NCBI GenBank assembly: GCA_038896535.1
Contig: JAWACY010000001.1
Coordinates: 192,001-256,000 of the forward strand
DNA: 64,000 nucleotides
From: Candidatus Anstonellales archaeon
GTDB lineage: Archaea; Micrarchaeota; Micrarchaeia; Anstonellales; J096
Reading direction: 5' to 3'
Position numbers and translations under genes: made by a program
The notes under the pieces: generated by a model
What the model saw: the letters and a program-made list of their open reading frames with translations, nothing else
Databases searched by the model: none
Told to the model about the DNA's origin: nothing
Shown: positions 50,104 to 59,486 of the stretch, piece after piece
Layout of the letters: each line of letters begins with the position of its first letter
Position numbering within the stretch: the first letter of the stretch is position 1

Positions 50104-51410
50104 TTGTAATCAGCCCTGCCAAGTTCTTGAAAAAAGCTTAAAAAATAAGCAAAGCTTATAAAGAGGCTATAAAGTATTGTTGCTAAGAATATAGTTATAA
50201 AATCGAAAATTGTTATATTGTTTGCAGTTATTTTTTTACTTAAATATGCAACAAGGAAAAAAGGCAGCATAAAAACAATGGCTATATACAATGCAGAACT
50301 GCTTAAGATTGGCAAGGATTCTATGACAATGCCAATGTTAGATAATATACTGTAAAATAAAAAGAGCAAGCCCCAGAAAAACTGCTTTATTAAAATTATG
50401 CTTGTTGCCATAATAACAGTTATAGCAGCAAATTCAGCAGTCAAGCTGAAAGGCAGCATAAATGTGCCGAAATCACCATATTTAGGATTAAAAAGCATAT
50501 AATGGTATTTTTTTAAATTCACAAGCTTTCCTCTATACCATCTCAATCTCTGCCTTAACAAACCTTTTACTGTTTCAGGAACTTCTGTATAAACAACTGC
50601 ATCTAAGGCATATTCTATTTTGTAATGGTATTTCCTTAACCTCCAGCCCATCTCTAAATCTTCTGTAATGTTGTTTTCATCAAAAAGGCCTATTTTATCA
50701 AACACGCTTTTTTTAAACAATGTCATTGGCCCAGGAGTGACAAAAATTATGTTAAAATATTTACCTATTAATGCATAAAGACCAAAACCAATGGCATATT
50801 CTAAGTCTTGGAATTTTTTTATTAATTTGTCTGGCCTTTCAACCTTTATAAGAACAGCAACTGCACCAACATCTTTATTATTGAATTTTTTTACAGCATT
50901 TATTAATGCATCCTTATCTAAATATGTATCTGAATCAATGCATGCTATGATCTCATTTTTTGCTGCTTTTATGCCAGTATTTAATGCCTTTGCCTTTCCT
51001 TGATTTTTACCCATTTCTATTACTTTTATGCCCATGTTTTTTGCTATCTTTACACTATCATCTGTTGAACCATCATCTACATATATTATTTCTTTTTTTG
51101 TTGGATAATAAGCATTTTTTATTGATTCTATGCATCTCTTTAGTGTTTTACCAGCATTATAGCCAGGCACTATTATTGATATTGGCTCATAGTTTTTGTT
51201 CAATCTTTCTTTTTCATTACTTATGCTGAGATAACCGACAATAAATACACATGTTAAAACAAGCAAAAAGAAGTTTGGCACAAGCATGACCCAGAAATAA
51301 CCAATACTCTCAATAGCAACCCAGAAAATTGATAATAGCAATATAAAGCCAATAAGAGCAATTGTCCTATATTTTACTTTATCCATATTTATTTTATCAA
51401 TATTGTGCAT
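50097..51410 (-). CDS. Processive GT2 glycosyltransferase (PgaC/IcaA/cellulose-synthase-like)
   Basis: IVPGYN, VDDGSTD, GKAKALN, IDSD, TEDLE, QRLRW; N- and C-terminal TM helices. Confidence 0.92.
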   Translation of the reverse strand: MHNIDKINMDKVKYRTIALIGFILLLSIFWVAIESIGYFWVMLVPNFFLLVLTCVFIVGYLSISNEKERLNKNYEPISIIVPGYNAGKTLKRCIESIKNAYYPTKKEIIYVDDGSTDDSVKIAKNMGIKVIEMGKNQGKAKALNTGIKAAKNEIIACIDSDTYLDKDALINAVKKFNNKDVGAVAVLIKVERPDKLIKKFQDLEYAIGFGLYALIGKYFNIIFVTPGPMTLFKKSVFDKIGLFDENNITEDLEMGWRLRKYHYKIEYALDAVVYTEVPETVKGLLRQRLRWYRGKLVNLKKYHYMLFNPKYGDFGTFMLPFSLTAEFAAITVIMATSIILIKQFFWGLLFLFYSILSNIGIVIESLPILSSSALYIAIVFMLPFFLVAYLSKKITANNITIFDFITIFLATILYSLFISFAYFLSFFQELGRADYKW

Positions 51411-51460
51411 GTTTTCTTTTTAACGTAAGATTATTAAAAAGCTTTCTCTAAAATTGTTTA

Positions 51461-53629
51461 ATGGAAACAACATCATTTTCCTATCCCGCTGGATTTAATG
51501 AACCTACAAGCCAGCTATATCAATCATTTGATCCAAATAATAAAGACGATATAGAAAGAGAAAAAAAAGCAGCTAAGGATTATCCACTTATTCCATCTTT
51601 AATGTTATCATTTTTGCCTGTTGTTGGGCCAGTAATAGATCTTATAAAGGCGTTAGAAGAAGGCAAATATTTGGAAGCATCTATGTATGCTGGTTTTCTT
51701 GTATCAGATTTATTTTTAGTTGGTTATGCTGCTAAATTACCCTTTAAATTTGCTATAAGATATTTGACTATTGATCAGATTGCTGATATATTTAGACTTG
51801 GTTATAAAGCAATAAAAAAATTGAAGGAAGCAGGCAAAGCAGTTCCAAAAGAACTAGAGAGATTCTATAAATATTTACATGATCTCGGGGATATAATTGC
51901 TGAAATGAAACAAGAGGGGGCAATGAGCCAAAAATTAAAAGAATACAGACGTGTTCTGGAAGAGATAAGAGGGGCTATTAAAATGCGGATAAAAGAAATG
52001 GGCCTTTATCATTATTTTGAAGCAAGAAGATTAGAAAAAGAAAAATTCTTAGAGAGCTTAAGAACATATATCGAACAAGAAATAAAAATTGGCGGTAATA
52101 TATTAAAAGCATTGAAAGGCGACCAGAGAATAAGTGGTTATGCATTATTACTTGATAAAAGTGGTATGTGGAAATTAAATATGCTGTTGGGTAAGGCAGG
52201 GGGCGATATTGCTTTAGGTTTATATAATAGAGCTATTAAGGAAACAATAAAAGAGTTTGGGGAACTAATAAAAAAGGCAGAGATAAGTGAGGAAGATATT
52301 TTGATAATTTATAAACCAGCAGGCGGAGATGAGTTTTATTTACATTTTTTATCAACAGATCCTTCAAAAGCAGAAAAAGCAGCAGCACTATTTGTTGAAT
52401 TAGTAAAGGAAAAAATCCAAAAGGGAATAATAGAATTAGAAGCTTTGTTGCCACCTGGTTTAGCACATCAGTTAAAACAAAGTATTAATGAAATGCTAAA
52501 TGGCTTAGCCTGGCATGGAAAGAGAGTTAATATTGAACCAAAGGGCAATGTAATAAAATTTTTTTCACCACATGGAGAGATAAGTGGCATACCAGAATAC
52601 CTTGGTGAAGTTGAATTTGAAAAATTGAGATCTAACCTGCCTGAAAAGATTGCTGACTTTTTTGATGGTTTTAGAAGGGCATTAAAAAGCGTAAAAGAAA
52701 CAGTTCCATTGAATGTAGTTGATGTAGAAAAAGCGGTAAAAGCTTTGAAAGAAGGGAGTGCAAAGCTCATCAGGTTTGAGTTAATAATACCAAGTAAATT
52801 TTCACGACATTTTGATGCCTTAACAAGAGCAGCAGAGAAGGGCTATAGCGTTACATTTAATAGGGCTGGTCCAAGTGTTTTTAATTTACTTGGCCATGAT
52901 GTTACTGATACGATAAGGGATTTATATATTAAATCATTAAAGGAAGCTGCCAAGGAAATTGGTGTAGATATAGAAATTAGTGCAATAGATGGAAAAGGCC
53001 CATTTACCCTACTTGTTAAACTGTCTGATGAAAAAAAATTAAATGAATTAATGGAAAGAGCCAGAAGAATATTTGAAAGCTATGAAAATATTTCTCGTTA
53101 TAGATTTAGGTTATCACAAGAAGCAGTCAGTAGGTTTGAAGATTTAAGCAGTCCAATAAAAAAGGTATATGAAGAAATAAACAAAGTCTCATCAGAAAAT
53201 CCTACAATAAAGAGGCGAATAAATGAATGGACAACAAGATTGGGAGTACGTGAAAATGAAGCCTTAGAAAGGATGTTTAATACTTCATTAATTCTTATTA
53301 AAACCCATTATGATAAATTTAGTAATTTAATAGGCCGTATGAATATTCCATATGAATTGAAAAAAGCAATAAAAGAGTTTGCAGAAGATAAAAGGGCAAG
53401 AAGCCTTGAAGATTTTTCTAGTATTCTAGAAAAGTACAAGCAAACAGGCGAATTTATTAGGTTGTTATTCACAAGAGAAGTTTCATTGCTACTTTTGGAG
53501 TTTTTATATAACCCAGAAAGATTTAGTGAAAAAGAAAAACAACCAAAACAACCAAAAACATTGGGTAGGGGTGATTTTGGGCAGCCAACTACTGAATATA
53601 TGCCACCCCCAGAAAGGTTGAAAAAATAA
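51461..53629 (+). CDS. Protein with a GGDEF-like nucleotide cyclase domain, a second degenerate GGDEF-like repeat and a pre-toxin-like N-terminal hairpin
   Basis: LLD232...N240...GD249...GGDEF (aa 288-292, nt 52322-52336); second FNLLGHDVTD segment near aa 474-483; N-terminal FLPVVGPVIDLIKA. Confidence 0.7.
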   Translation: METTSFSYPAGFNEPTSQLYQSFDPNNKDDIEREKKAAKDYPLIPSLMLSFLPVVGPVIDLIKALEEGKYLEASMYAGFLVSDLFLVGYAAKLPFKFAIRYLTIDQIADIFRLGYKAIKKLKEAGKAVPKELERFYKYLHDLGDIIAEMKQEGAMSQKLKEYRRVLEEIRGAIKMRIKEMGLYHYFEARRLEKEKFLESLRTYIEQEIKIGGNILKALKGDQRISGYALLLDKSGMWKLNMLLGKAGGDIALGLYNRAIKETIKEFGELIKKAEISEEDILIIYKPAGGDEFYLHFLSTDPSKAEKAAALFVELVKEKIQKGIIELEALLPPGLAHQLKQSINEMLNGLAWHGKRVNIEPKGNVIKFFSPHGEISGIPEYLGEVEFEKLRSNLPEKIADFFDGFRRALKSVKETVPLNVVDVEKAVKALKEGSAKLIRFELIIPSKFSRHFDALTRAAEKGYSVTFNRAGPSVFNLLGHDVTDTIRDLYIKSLKEAAKEIGVDIEISAIDGKGPFTLLVKLSDEKKLNELMERARRIFESYENISRYRFRLSQEAVSRFEDLSSPIKKVYEEINKVSSENPTIKRRINEWTTRLGVRENEALERMFNTSLILIKTHYDKFSNLIGRMNIPYELKKAIKEFAEDKRARSLEDFSSILEKYKQTGEFIRLLFTREVSLLLLEFLYNPERFSEKEKQPKQPKTLGRGDFGQPTTEYMPPPERLKK

Positions 53630-53640
53630 TATAAAATTTG

Positions 53641-54516
53641 TTAATTAACTTCACACATAATGAAATTACCAAATCTTACTATTTTAACATTTCCACCAAG
53701 TTCTTTAATTCTTTTATAATCATTTTGCCTTCTTTTTTTATCTAGGATATGTGCTATCTCAAATGCTTTTTTCAACTCCTCATTGTTTAGGCAGGGATTA
53801 AATTTCTGTTCTTCAAGCCCATCCAGCCCATCTAAATTTTTTGTTAATCTAGAGATGAACAACTCAAATAATTTTGTTGCATATCCAGTTATGTAATATT
53901 TTGATATCCAATTAGCTATTATCCTTGCAGTTTCTCTTTCATTTTTATCCTTTATACTTTCAACCATATCATTTATTTCATCTGGATGTTTACCGTTTAA
54001 ATCTTGGCTCTCATAAATTCTGTAAGCAACAAATAGAATATTATAATAGCCAGCACTCTTTATTTTTTCTTTAAATTCTAATAACCATTCAAATTCTTTA
54101 ACCAAAGAGTTAATTTTTCCAATCACTTGTTTTTTACTTTCTTCTTTGCCTGATTTTTCTAATTTGTATAGTAATTCTTTTACTTTTATCTCAAGAGCAG
54201 CTATAATACTTAAATCTTTATCATCTACTAATTTTGATACGTTGTTTAGTAAATTTTCTTTTAAATGTCCATAATTATCTAAGTCCAATTTTTCAAATAT
54301 CTTTTCAAGTGCCATTCTTATATTGGCAGAGAATAACTTTATTTTTCCCTCCTTCTCATGTCCTTCGTAATCCCAGTAAAAGAACAAATAATGGAGTTTA
54401 TTCTCTATAAATTCTAAATCTCTATTTAAAAAATCACTAATAAAAGGCGGCAGTTCTAAGCCCAGCAATTTATCTGGATAATCTGGTGGGTTAATGTTTC
54501 TTATGTTGGCTTCCAT
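53641..54516 (-). CDS. Hypothetical helical protein convergent with the GGDEF-like gene
   Basis: 291-aa ORF; no motif recognised. Confidence 0.7.
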   Translation of the reverse strand: MEANIRNINPPDYPDKLLGLELPPFISDFLNRDLEFIENKLHYLFFYWDYEGHEKEGKIKLFSANIRMALEKIFEKLDLDNYGHLKENLLNNVSKLVDDKDLSIIAALEIKVKELLYKLEKSGKEESKKQVIGKINSLVKEFEWLLEFKEKIKSAGYYNILFVAYRIYESQDLNGKHPDEINDMVESIKDKNERETARIIANWISKYYITGYATKLFELFISRLTKNLDGLDGLEEQKFNPCLNNEELKKAFEIAHILDKKRRQNDYKRIKELGGNVKIVRFGNFIMCEVN

Positions 54517-54642
54517 ATTAATATATTGGTAGAAACATTTTTATATTATTACTACTGATAAAAATTTATGATTTAACTTTAATTTTAATTAGTCGAAATG
54601 TCGTGGGGATTATTTTTATATCTTTACATTTATTAATTCAGC

Positions 54643-55806
54643 ATGAGAAGAGTTGCTATAATAGGGGCAGGCATATCAAAGTTTGGCGAGAGATGGGACA
54701 AAGGATTAAGAGACCTTGCTCTTGAAGCTGGTATTTCTGCCTTAGAAGATGCTGGAATAAAAGGCGAGCAGATAGATGCTGGTTATGTTGGGAATATGGC
54801 TGGAGGAGCATTTGCTGGGCAGGAACACATCGGCAGTTTGTTAGCAGATTACTTGGGTTTGAATCCAATACCAATTACAAGGGTTGAAGCAGCATGTGCA
54901 TCTGGGGGCGTTGCATTGAGACAGGGTTATTTAGCAGTAGCATCAGGATTGCATGACATAGTTATTGTTGGTGGCGTTGAGAAAATGACAGATTTATCAA
55001 CAGAGCAAACAGCTGAAATACTTGGCAGTGCAGGTGATCAAGAATGGGAACTTTTTATGGGAGCAACATTTCCAGCAATATATGCAATGATGGCAAGGGC
55101 ATACATGCATAAATTTAATGCCAAGCAAGAGCATTTAGCAGCAGTTGCAGTTAAAAACCATAGGCATGCAAAGAATGTTCCTTATGCACATTTTAGAAAT
55201 GAGATAACAATTGAAGATGTCTTAAAATCAAAAGAAGTCAGTTACCCTTTAAAAGTGCTTGACTGCTCCCCAATAACAGACGGGGCAGCAGCTTTAGTAT
55301 TGTGCCCTTATGACATGGCATCAAGCTTTACAAAAAAGCCAGTAGAAATAATAGCCAGCGCACAAGCAACTGATACAATAGGATTGCATTCAAGGCAGAG
55401 CTTTTATGAGATAAGAGCTACAAAAATAGCAAGCGAAAAAGCATATAAGCAAGCAAAAATAAGACCAAAAGATATAAATGTTGCAGAAGTGCATGATTGC
55501 TTTACAATTGCAGAGATCATGGCAATAGAGGATTTAGGATTTTTTGAAAAGGGGCAAGGTTATAAAGCTGCGTATGAGGGCATAAGTAGTATAGACGGGG
55601 AAATGCCAATAAATACAAGCGGCGGTTTAAAAGCAGCTGGCCATCCTGTAGGAGCAACAGGCATAAAGCAAGCAGTTGAAATAACACTGCAATTGCAAAA
55701 AAGGGCTGACGGAAGGCAGGTAAAAAATGCAGAGATAGGGCTTTGCCATAATGTTGGAGGCTCTGGTGGAACTGCTGTTGTGCATATAATGAAATCTGCA
55801 TATTAA
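54643..55806 (+). CDS. Archaeal thiolase (acetyl-CoA C-acetyltransferase)
   Basis: VEAACASGG, GGVEKM, CSPITDGAAA, EVHDCF, SGGLKAAGHPVGATG, HNVGG. Confidence 0.95.
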   Translation: MRRVAIIGAGISKFGERWDKGLRDLALEAGISALEDAGIKGEQIDAGYVGNMAGGAFAGQEHIGSLLADYLGLNPIPITRVEAACASGGVALRQGYLAVASGLHDIVIVGGVEKMTDLSTEQTAEILGSAGDQEWELFMGATFPAIYAMMARAYMHKFNAKQEHLAAVAVKNHRHAKNVPYAHFRNEITIEDVLKSKEVSYPLKVLDCSPITDGAAALVLCPYDMASSFTKKPVEIIASAQATDTIGLHSRQSFYEIRATKIASEKAYKQAKIRPKDINVAEVHDCFTIAEIMAIEDLGFFEKGQGYKAAYEGISSIDGEMPINTSGGLKAAGHPVGATGIKQAVEITLQLQKRADGRQVKNAEIGLCHNVGGSGGTAVVHIMKSAY

Positions 55807-55936
55807 TAAAATCATGTATACTTGCTAATTTTTATTTCCTTTTTTTATAGGAAGAGTAATGGCATTAATGATTTAAGTAAATTAGTGGGTAAACATATAA
55901 GTAAAAATTAAAAATTGAAGACACAATATTAATATT

Positions 55937-56977
55937 ATGGACAACAATAAAACATGCATAAAAAGGAAAATTAAACAATTCATAAAGCATGTTGCATTGT
56001 CATCATTATTATTTTTTGCTGGTTATGAATTAGGCAATATAAACAATGCAAATAAAATAAATAATATAAATGTCTTCAATAATTATAAGCCAAGAGCAAG
56101 CTTATTAGATAGTAATAAATGCAATTTTTTGAGTAAATTCTTTTTGCCAATTTCTAATTATGGCTATGCATGTATTGAACATGAAGTGATGAATAATATA
56201 AAAAGTTTATTATCAAGCAAATATTATAATAATTTTGATTATTATGCAAATTATCACATATCCCTATTAGAATCACTTGAGATGAAAGAAATAAAGGCTT
56301 TGCAAGAAGTCAATGGCATTGAGTTTTTTGCAAGATATGATATTTTTACGTTAAAAACAGCTTATTATTACTTAAAAAATGGCAATAAAGACAAAAAGCC
56401 AGTGATTTTAACGGCAACATCAAAATATGATAATAATGCATTTATATCAACAGGCGAGTTAATAGGAAGCATAAGAAAAAAGTATAAAAACGATTTTTTA
56501 ATAATGCCTGTTGAGGTAAATTCAAAAGAGGATTTGCTGAATAAACTAAAATTATTGACAGAAAAAATAGGCAAAATAAGCATTCTCATAATATCAGCAC
56601 ATGGCCTTGTTGATGGTAGAGGAATACAGCTTGGGATTGATGAAAATGGAAATAATTTATTTTTCACTATGTATGATGAATATGAGATGACTGAGATGAA
56701 GAAATATTTATTGTATAAAAACATGCCGGCAATAGTATTAATATCTTGTTATGCCGGCATAAAAAATGGTTTTGCTGAAATGCTGGCAAAAAAAACAAAC
56801 GCTATTGTTATAGCAGCAGTTTCATATGTTTATGCCCCAGCAACGTTATTTATAAATGACAATGAGCATGGTTATGAAATTTATGGCTTTCCAGAGGAGG
56901 AAGATGATAGGTTAAGTGATTTATCATTTTATAAAGGCGAAAACTTCTGGAGGTTAAAAAGAGTAATAGTGCCATGA
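55937..56977 (+). CDS. Membrane-anchored protein with a clan CD (caspase-fold)-like His-Gly/Ser-Cys dyad
   Basis: ILIISAHG (H222) and IVLISCYAG (C271); N-terminal hydrophobic anchor. Confidence 0.6.
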   Translation: MDNNKTCIKRKIKQFIKHVALSSLLFFAGYELGNINNANKINNINVFNNYKPRASLLDSNKCNFLSKFFLPISNYGYACIEHEVMNNIKSLLSSKYYNNFDYYANYHISLLESLEMKEIKALQEVNGIEFFARYDIFTLKTAYYYLKNGNKDKKPVILTATSKYDNNAFISTGELIGSIRKKYKNDFLIMPVEVNSKEDLLNKLKLLTEKIGKISILIISAHGLVDGRGIQLGIDENGNNLFFTMYDEYEMTEMKKYLLYKNMPAIVLISCYAGIKNGFAEMLAKKTNAIVIAAVSYVYAPATLFINDNEHGYEIYGFPEEEDDRLSDLSFYKGENFWRLKRVIVP

Positions 56978-57040
56978 ATAAATATGAAAAAATAAATATG
57001 AAAAATAAGATGGAAAATAAAAGAGCTTATCAAGATAAGC

Positions 57041-57520
57041 TTACCAAGGAACTTTTTTTAGACCCATTTTGTGCGCTATAACATTAGCATACTTATGAAT
57101 GAAAAATGTCAATATTAAAACCAATGCAAAAATGAATGGCTCAAAAACATAATAATAAATATTGACGAAAAGCATTGAACAAAATATAAATAATATGTTA
57201 TCAAGCCAAAATTCATTCCCTTCTTTTATACCAAGCCTTCTTTTTATTAAACTGCCAAACAAATCACCAAATATAGCTCCAATTGTTGATATTAAACCTA
57301 TGATAAATGATATGTTAAAATTATAGGGCGCATAAAAAGATATGATATATGAAACTATTACTCCAGAAGAGAATGCACTCAAAAGGCCCAGCAGCGTTTT
57401 ATTGTTGCCGAATAATTTTATATTAAGCAATTTATCTATTGGTAGTTCTCCTCCAATAAAAACAGGCATTGCATTTGCAACATATGCAGGCAAAATAAAA
57501 ATGATATTTTCAATTTTCAT
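57041..57520 (-). CDS. carS: CDP-archaeol synthase
   Basis: LPAYVANAMPV, PID, FGNNKT, GDLFGSLIKRRLG, LD, GLKKVPW. Confidence 0.93.
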   Translation of the reverse strand: MKIENIIFILPAYVANAMPVFIGGELPIDKLLNIKLFGNNKTLLGLLSAFSSGVIVSYIISFYAPYNFNISFIIGLISTIGAIFGDLFGSLIKRRLGIKEGNEFWLDNILFIFCSMLFVNIYYYVFEPFIFALVLILTFFIHKYANVIAHKMGLKKVPW

Positions 57521-58431
57521 TTAAATTTCAGCCCTTGGAAATTGTTTATAAAAGATGATATAAAGCTGCTTGATTCTGAAAAAATTAAAGAACTCTGGCC
57601 TGCCCTTACTTTTATATTACATACTCCATCATCACTGCTCAAGTTAGCTAGTTCTTTTGCTTTCTTTATAGCATCTTCTTTCATACCAAGGGCATCAACA
57701 AGGCCATAAGATTTTGCCTGCCTTCCAGACATTATTCTGCCATCTGCTATTGATAAAAGCCTTTCTCTTGTTATTTTTCCTTTTCTCCCCTCTAATATCA
57801 CATCAAGGAATTCATTATAACTTTCATTCAATAATTGCTCAACAATTGCCCTTTCATCATCGCTTAAGCCAGAAAAAAAGCTCCCCATTGATTTATATTT
57901 ACCAGTTGTTACTGCAGTTATATTTACCCCAATTTTCTCGAGCAGCTGCCTTGCATCAGCAAATAAGGCTATTACACCAATACTTCCTGTTAATGTATTT
58001 GGATCAGCAATTATATAATTACTGCCAGTTGCTATGTAATAACCACCACTTGCAGCTACTTCACTTAAATAAGCGACAACTGGAATTTTTGATTCTTTTA
58101 TGCTCTCTCTTATTATTCTTGAACCAACAACACTGCCACCAGGAGAATTAATGACAACAACAAGTGCTTTGACATTTGGTTTTGTTTTTTCAACATTTTT
58201 TATTGTTGATGCAATATCCTCAGCATTAGGCATGCCCTCTGCAAAAATTGAATTTGGCACCCTTTCCATAGTTATTTCCCCATTTATCTCTATTAAGCCA
58301 ACGCATGGAGATAAGATTGTGGTTAAATCAGATAGGAATACAGCAATGACAATAATAGCAAATATAGCAATAATGATTATAAGTTTTGGATTTATGTTAT
58401 CTTGCTGCTTTCGCCATACGTTCAATTTCAT
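57517..58431 (-). CDS. sppA: Signal peptide peptidase SppA (S49)
   Basis: INSPGGSV, AASGGYYIA, TGSIGV, GKYK, DGRIMSGRQA..GLVD. Confidence 0.93.
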   Translation of the reverse strand: MKLNVWRKQQDNINPKLIIIIAIFAIIVIAVFLSDLTTILSPCVGLIEINGEITMERVPNSIFAEGMPNAEDIASTIKNVEKTKPNVKALVVVINSPGGSVVGSRIIRESIKESKIPVVAYLSEVAASGGYYIATGSNYIIADPNTLTGSIGVIALFADARQLLEKIGVNITAVTTGKYKSMGSFFSGLSDDERAIVEQLLNESYNEFLDVILEGRKGKITRERLLSIADGRIMSGRQAKSYGLVDALGMKEDAIKKAKELANLSSDDGVCNIKVRAGQSSLIFSESSSFISSFINNFQGLKFK

Positions 58432-58999
58432 CTTTCTTCCTCACAGCAAAGCTATTTTGAGCATCATTATTAGCAGCAGCAATAATCTCATCGGCAATGC
58501 ATTCTGACAATGGCTTTTTATTGTTGAATGATTTCATAAGACTTGCTAATGCCATATGTCTTAAAGCAACATCTACCCTTCTTGTTGCAGATATATCAAC
58601 AGATATTTGATATCTAACACCGCCGACCTGCACTCTTGTTATATCTTCTCTTGGAGCAGCGTTTTCAATTGCTGTTATAAAAACTTGTACAGGATTCTTG
58701 CCAGTCTTTTTTTCAATAATTGATAGTGCATTTTCAACTATTTTTATGACTCTAAGTTTTTTTCCTTGCAGTCTGCCATGTGTCCTTATTACTTTCCCGC
58801 TTATTTTCTCACCTGTGCCTCCCCTCATAAATTTATTTATAAATCTCTCTATTATGTTTATTTTTGTTTTTGCAAACTGCTTATTTGCATGCTTTGCAAA
58901 TGAATGTGGTATAACAACAGGATTTATTGAGATGACTTGTTCAATGCTCTTGTCTGAAAATGTTATGTTATCAAAACCCCATTTGTTAAATAATTTCAT
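58397..58999 (-). CDS. rps7: 30S ribosomal protein S7 (uS7)
   Basis: KLFNKW, NPVQV..AIENAAPRED, ERMAKAAR. Confidence 0.96.
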   Translation of the reverse strand: MKLFNKWGFDNITFSDKSIEQVISINPVVIPHSFAKHANKQFAKTKINIIERFINKFMRGGTGEKISGKVIRTHGRLQGKKLRVIKIVENALSIIEKKTGKNPVQVFITAIENAAPREDITRVQVGGVRYQISVDISATRRVDVALRHMALASLMKSFNNKKPLSECIADEIIAAANNDAQNSFAVRKKDEIERMAKAAR

Positions 59000-59014
59000 A
59001 TTATCCAGCCCCCA

Positions 59015-59452
59015 TTACCTCTTTGGTTTCTCTTTCTTGCCATGCCTTAATGCTTGTAGATCAACGTTATTAACCTTTATTACTTTATACCTAACTCCTG
59101 GAATTGAACCCATCTGCCCTCTTTGGCTTCCACCAAGGCCAGCAACTATTACCTCATCATGTTCATTTATGTAAGTTATTGCTTTATCCCTGACAGCATG
59201 TGCAGTTATTATTTTTCCATTCTTTTTCAATTGCACTTTAACACATTTTACAAGTCCAGAATGTGGCTGTTTTTGTTCTAGCACAACCTTTTCAAGTACT
59301 ATGCCAGAAGCCATAGGTGCGCCTTCCAATGGGTCATATATCCTCCTTAACTTAAGCTTTTTTGCTTTCCATTTTTTGCTCAACCATTTTTGCTTTTTCC
59401 TTTTTCTTAATAAATTCCTTCCAGCAAATTCTCCGTTAGTTCCTTTTCCCAT
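59015..59452 (-). CDS. rps12: 30S ribosomal protein S12 (uS12)
   Basis: DPLEGAPMASGIV, KQPHSG..KCVKVQL, IPGVRYKV, KKEKP. Confidence 0.96.
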   Translation of the reverse strand: MGKGTNGEFAGRNLLRKRKKQKWLSKKWKAKKLKLRRIYDPLEGAPMASGIVLEKVVLEQKQPHSGLVKCVKVQLKKNGKIITAHAVRDKAITYINEHDEVIVAGLGGSQRGQMGSIPGVRYKVIKVNNVDLQALRHGKKEKPKR

Positions 59453-59486
59453 TTCCTCACCATCTTATATTTCCTCACCATCTTAT
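59451..59486 (-). repeat. 18-bp tandem duplication containing the rps12 Shine-Dalgarno (ATAAGATGGTGAGGAAAT x2)
   Basis: Plus strand ATTTCCTCACCATCTTAT at 59451-59468 and 59469-59486. Confidence 0.9.

Noticed and set aside
52140..52340. Cas10/type III CRISPR polymerase interpretation of the GGDEF-like protein
   Set aside because: The motif is GGDEF rather than GGDD; no HD domain, Zn finger or neighbouring csm/cmr genes
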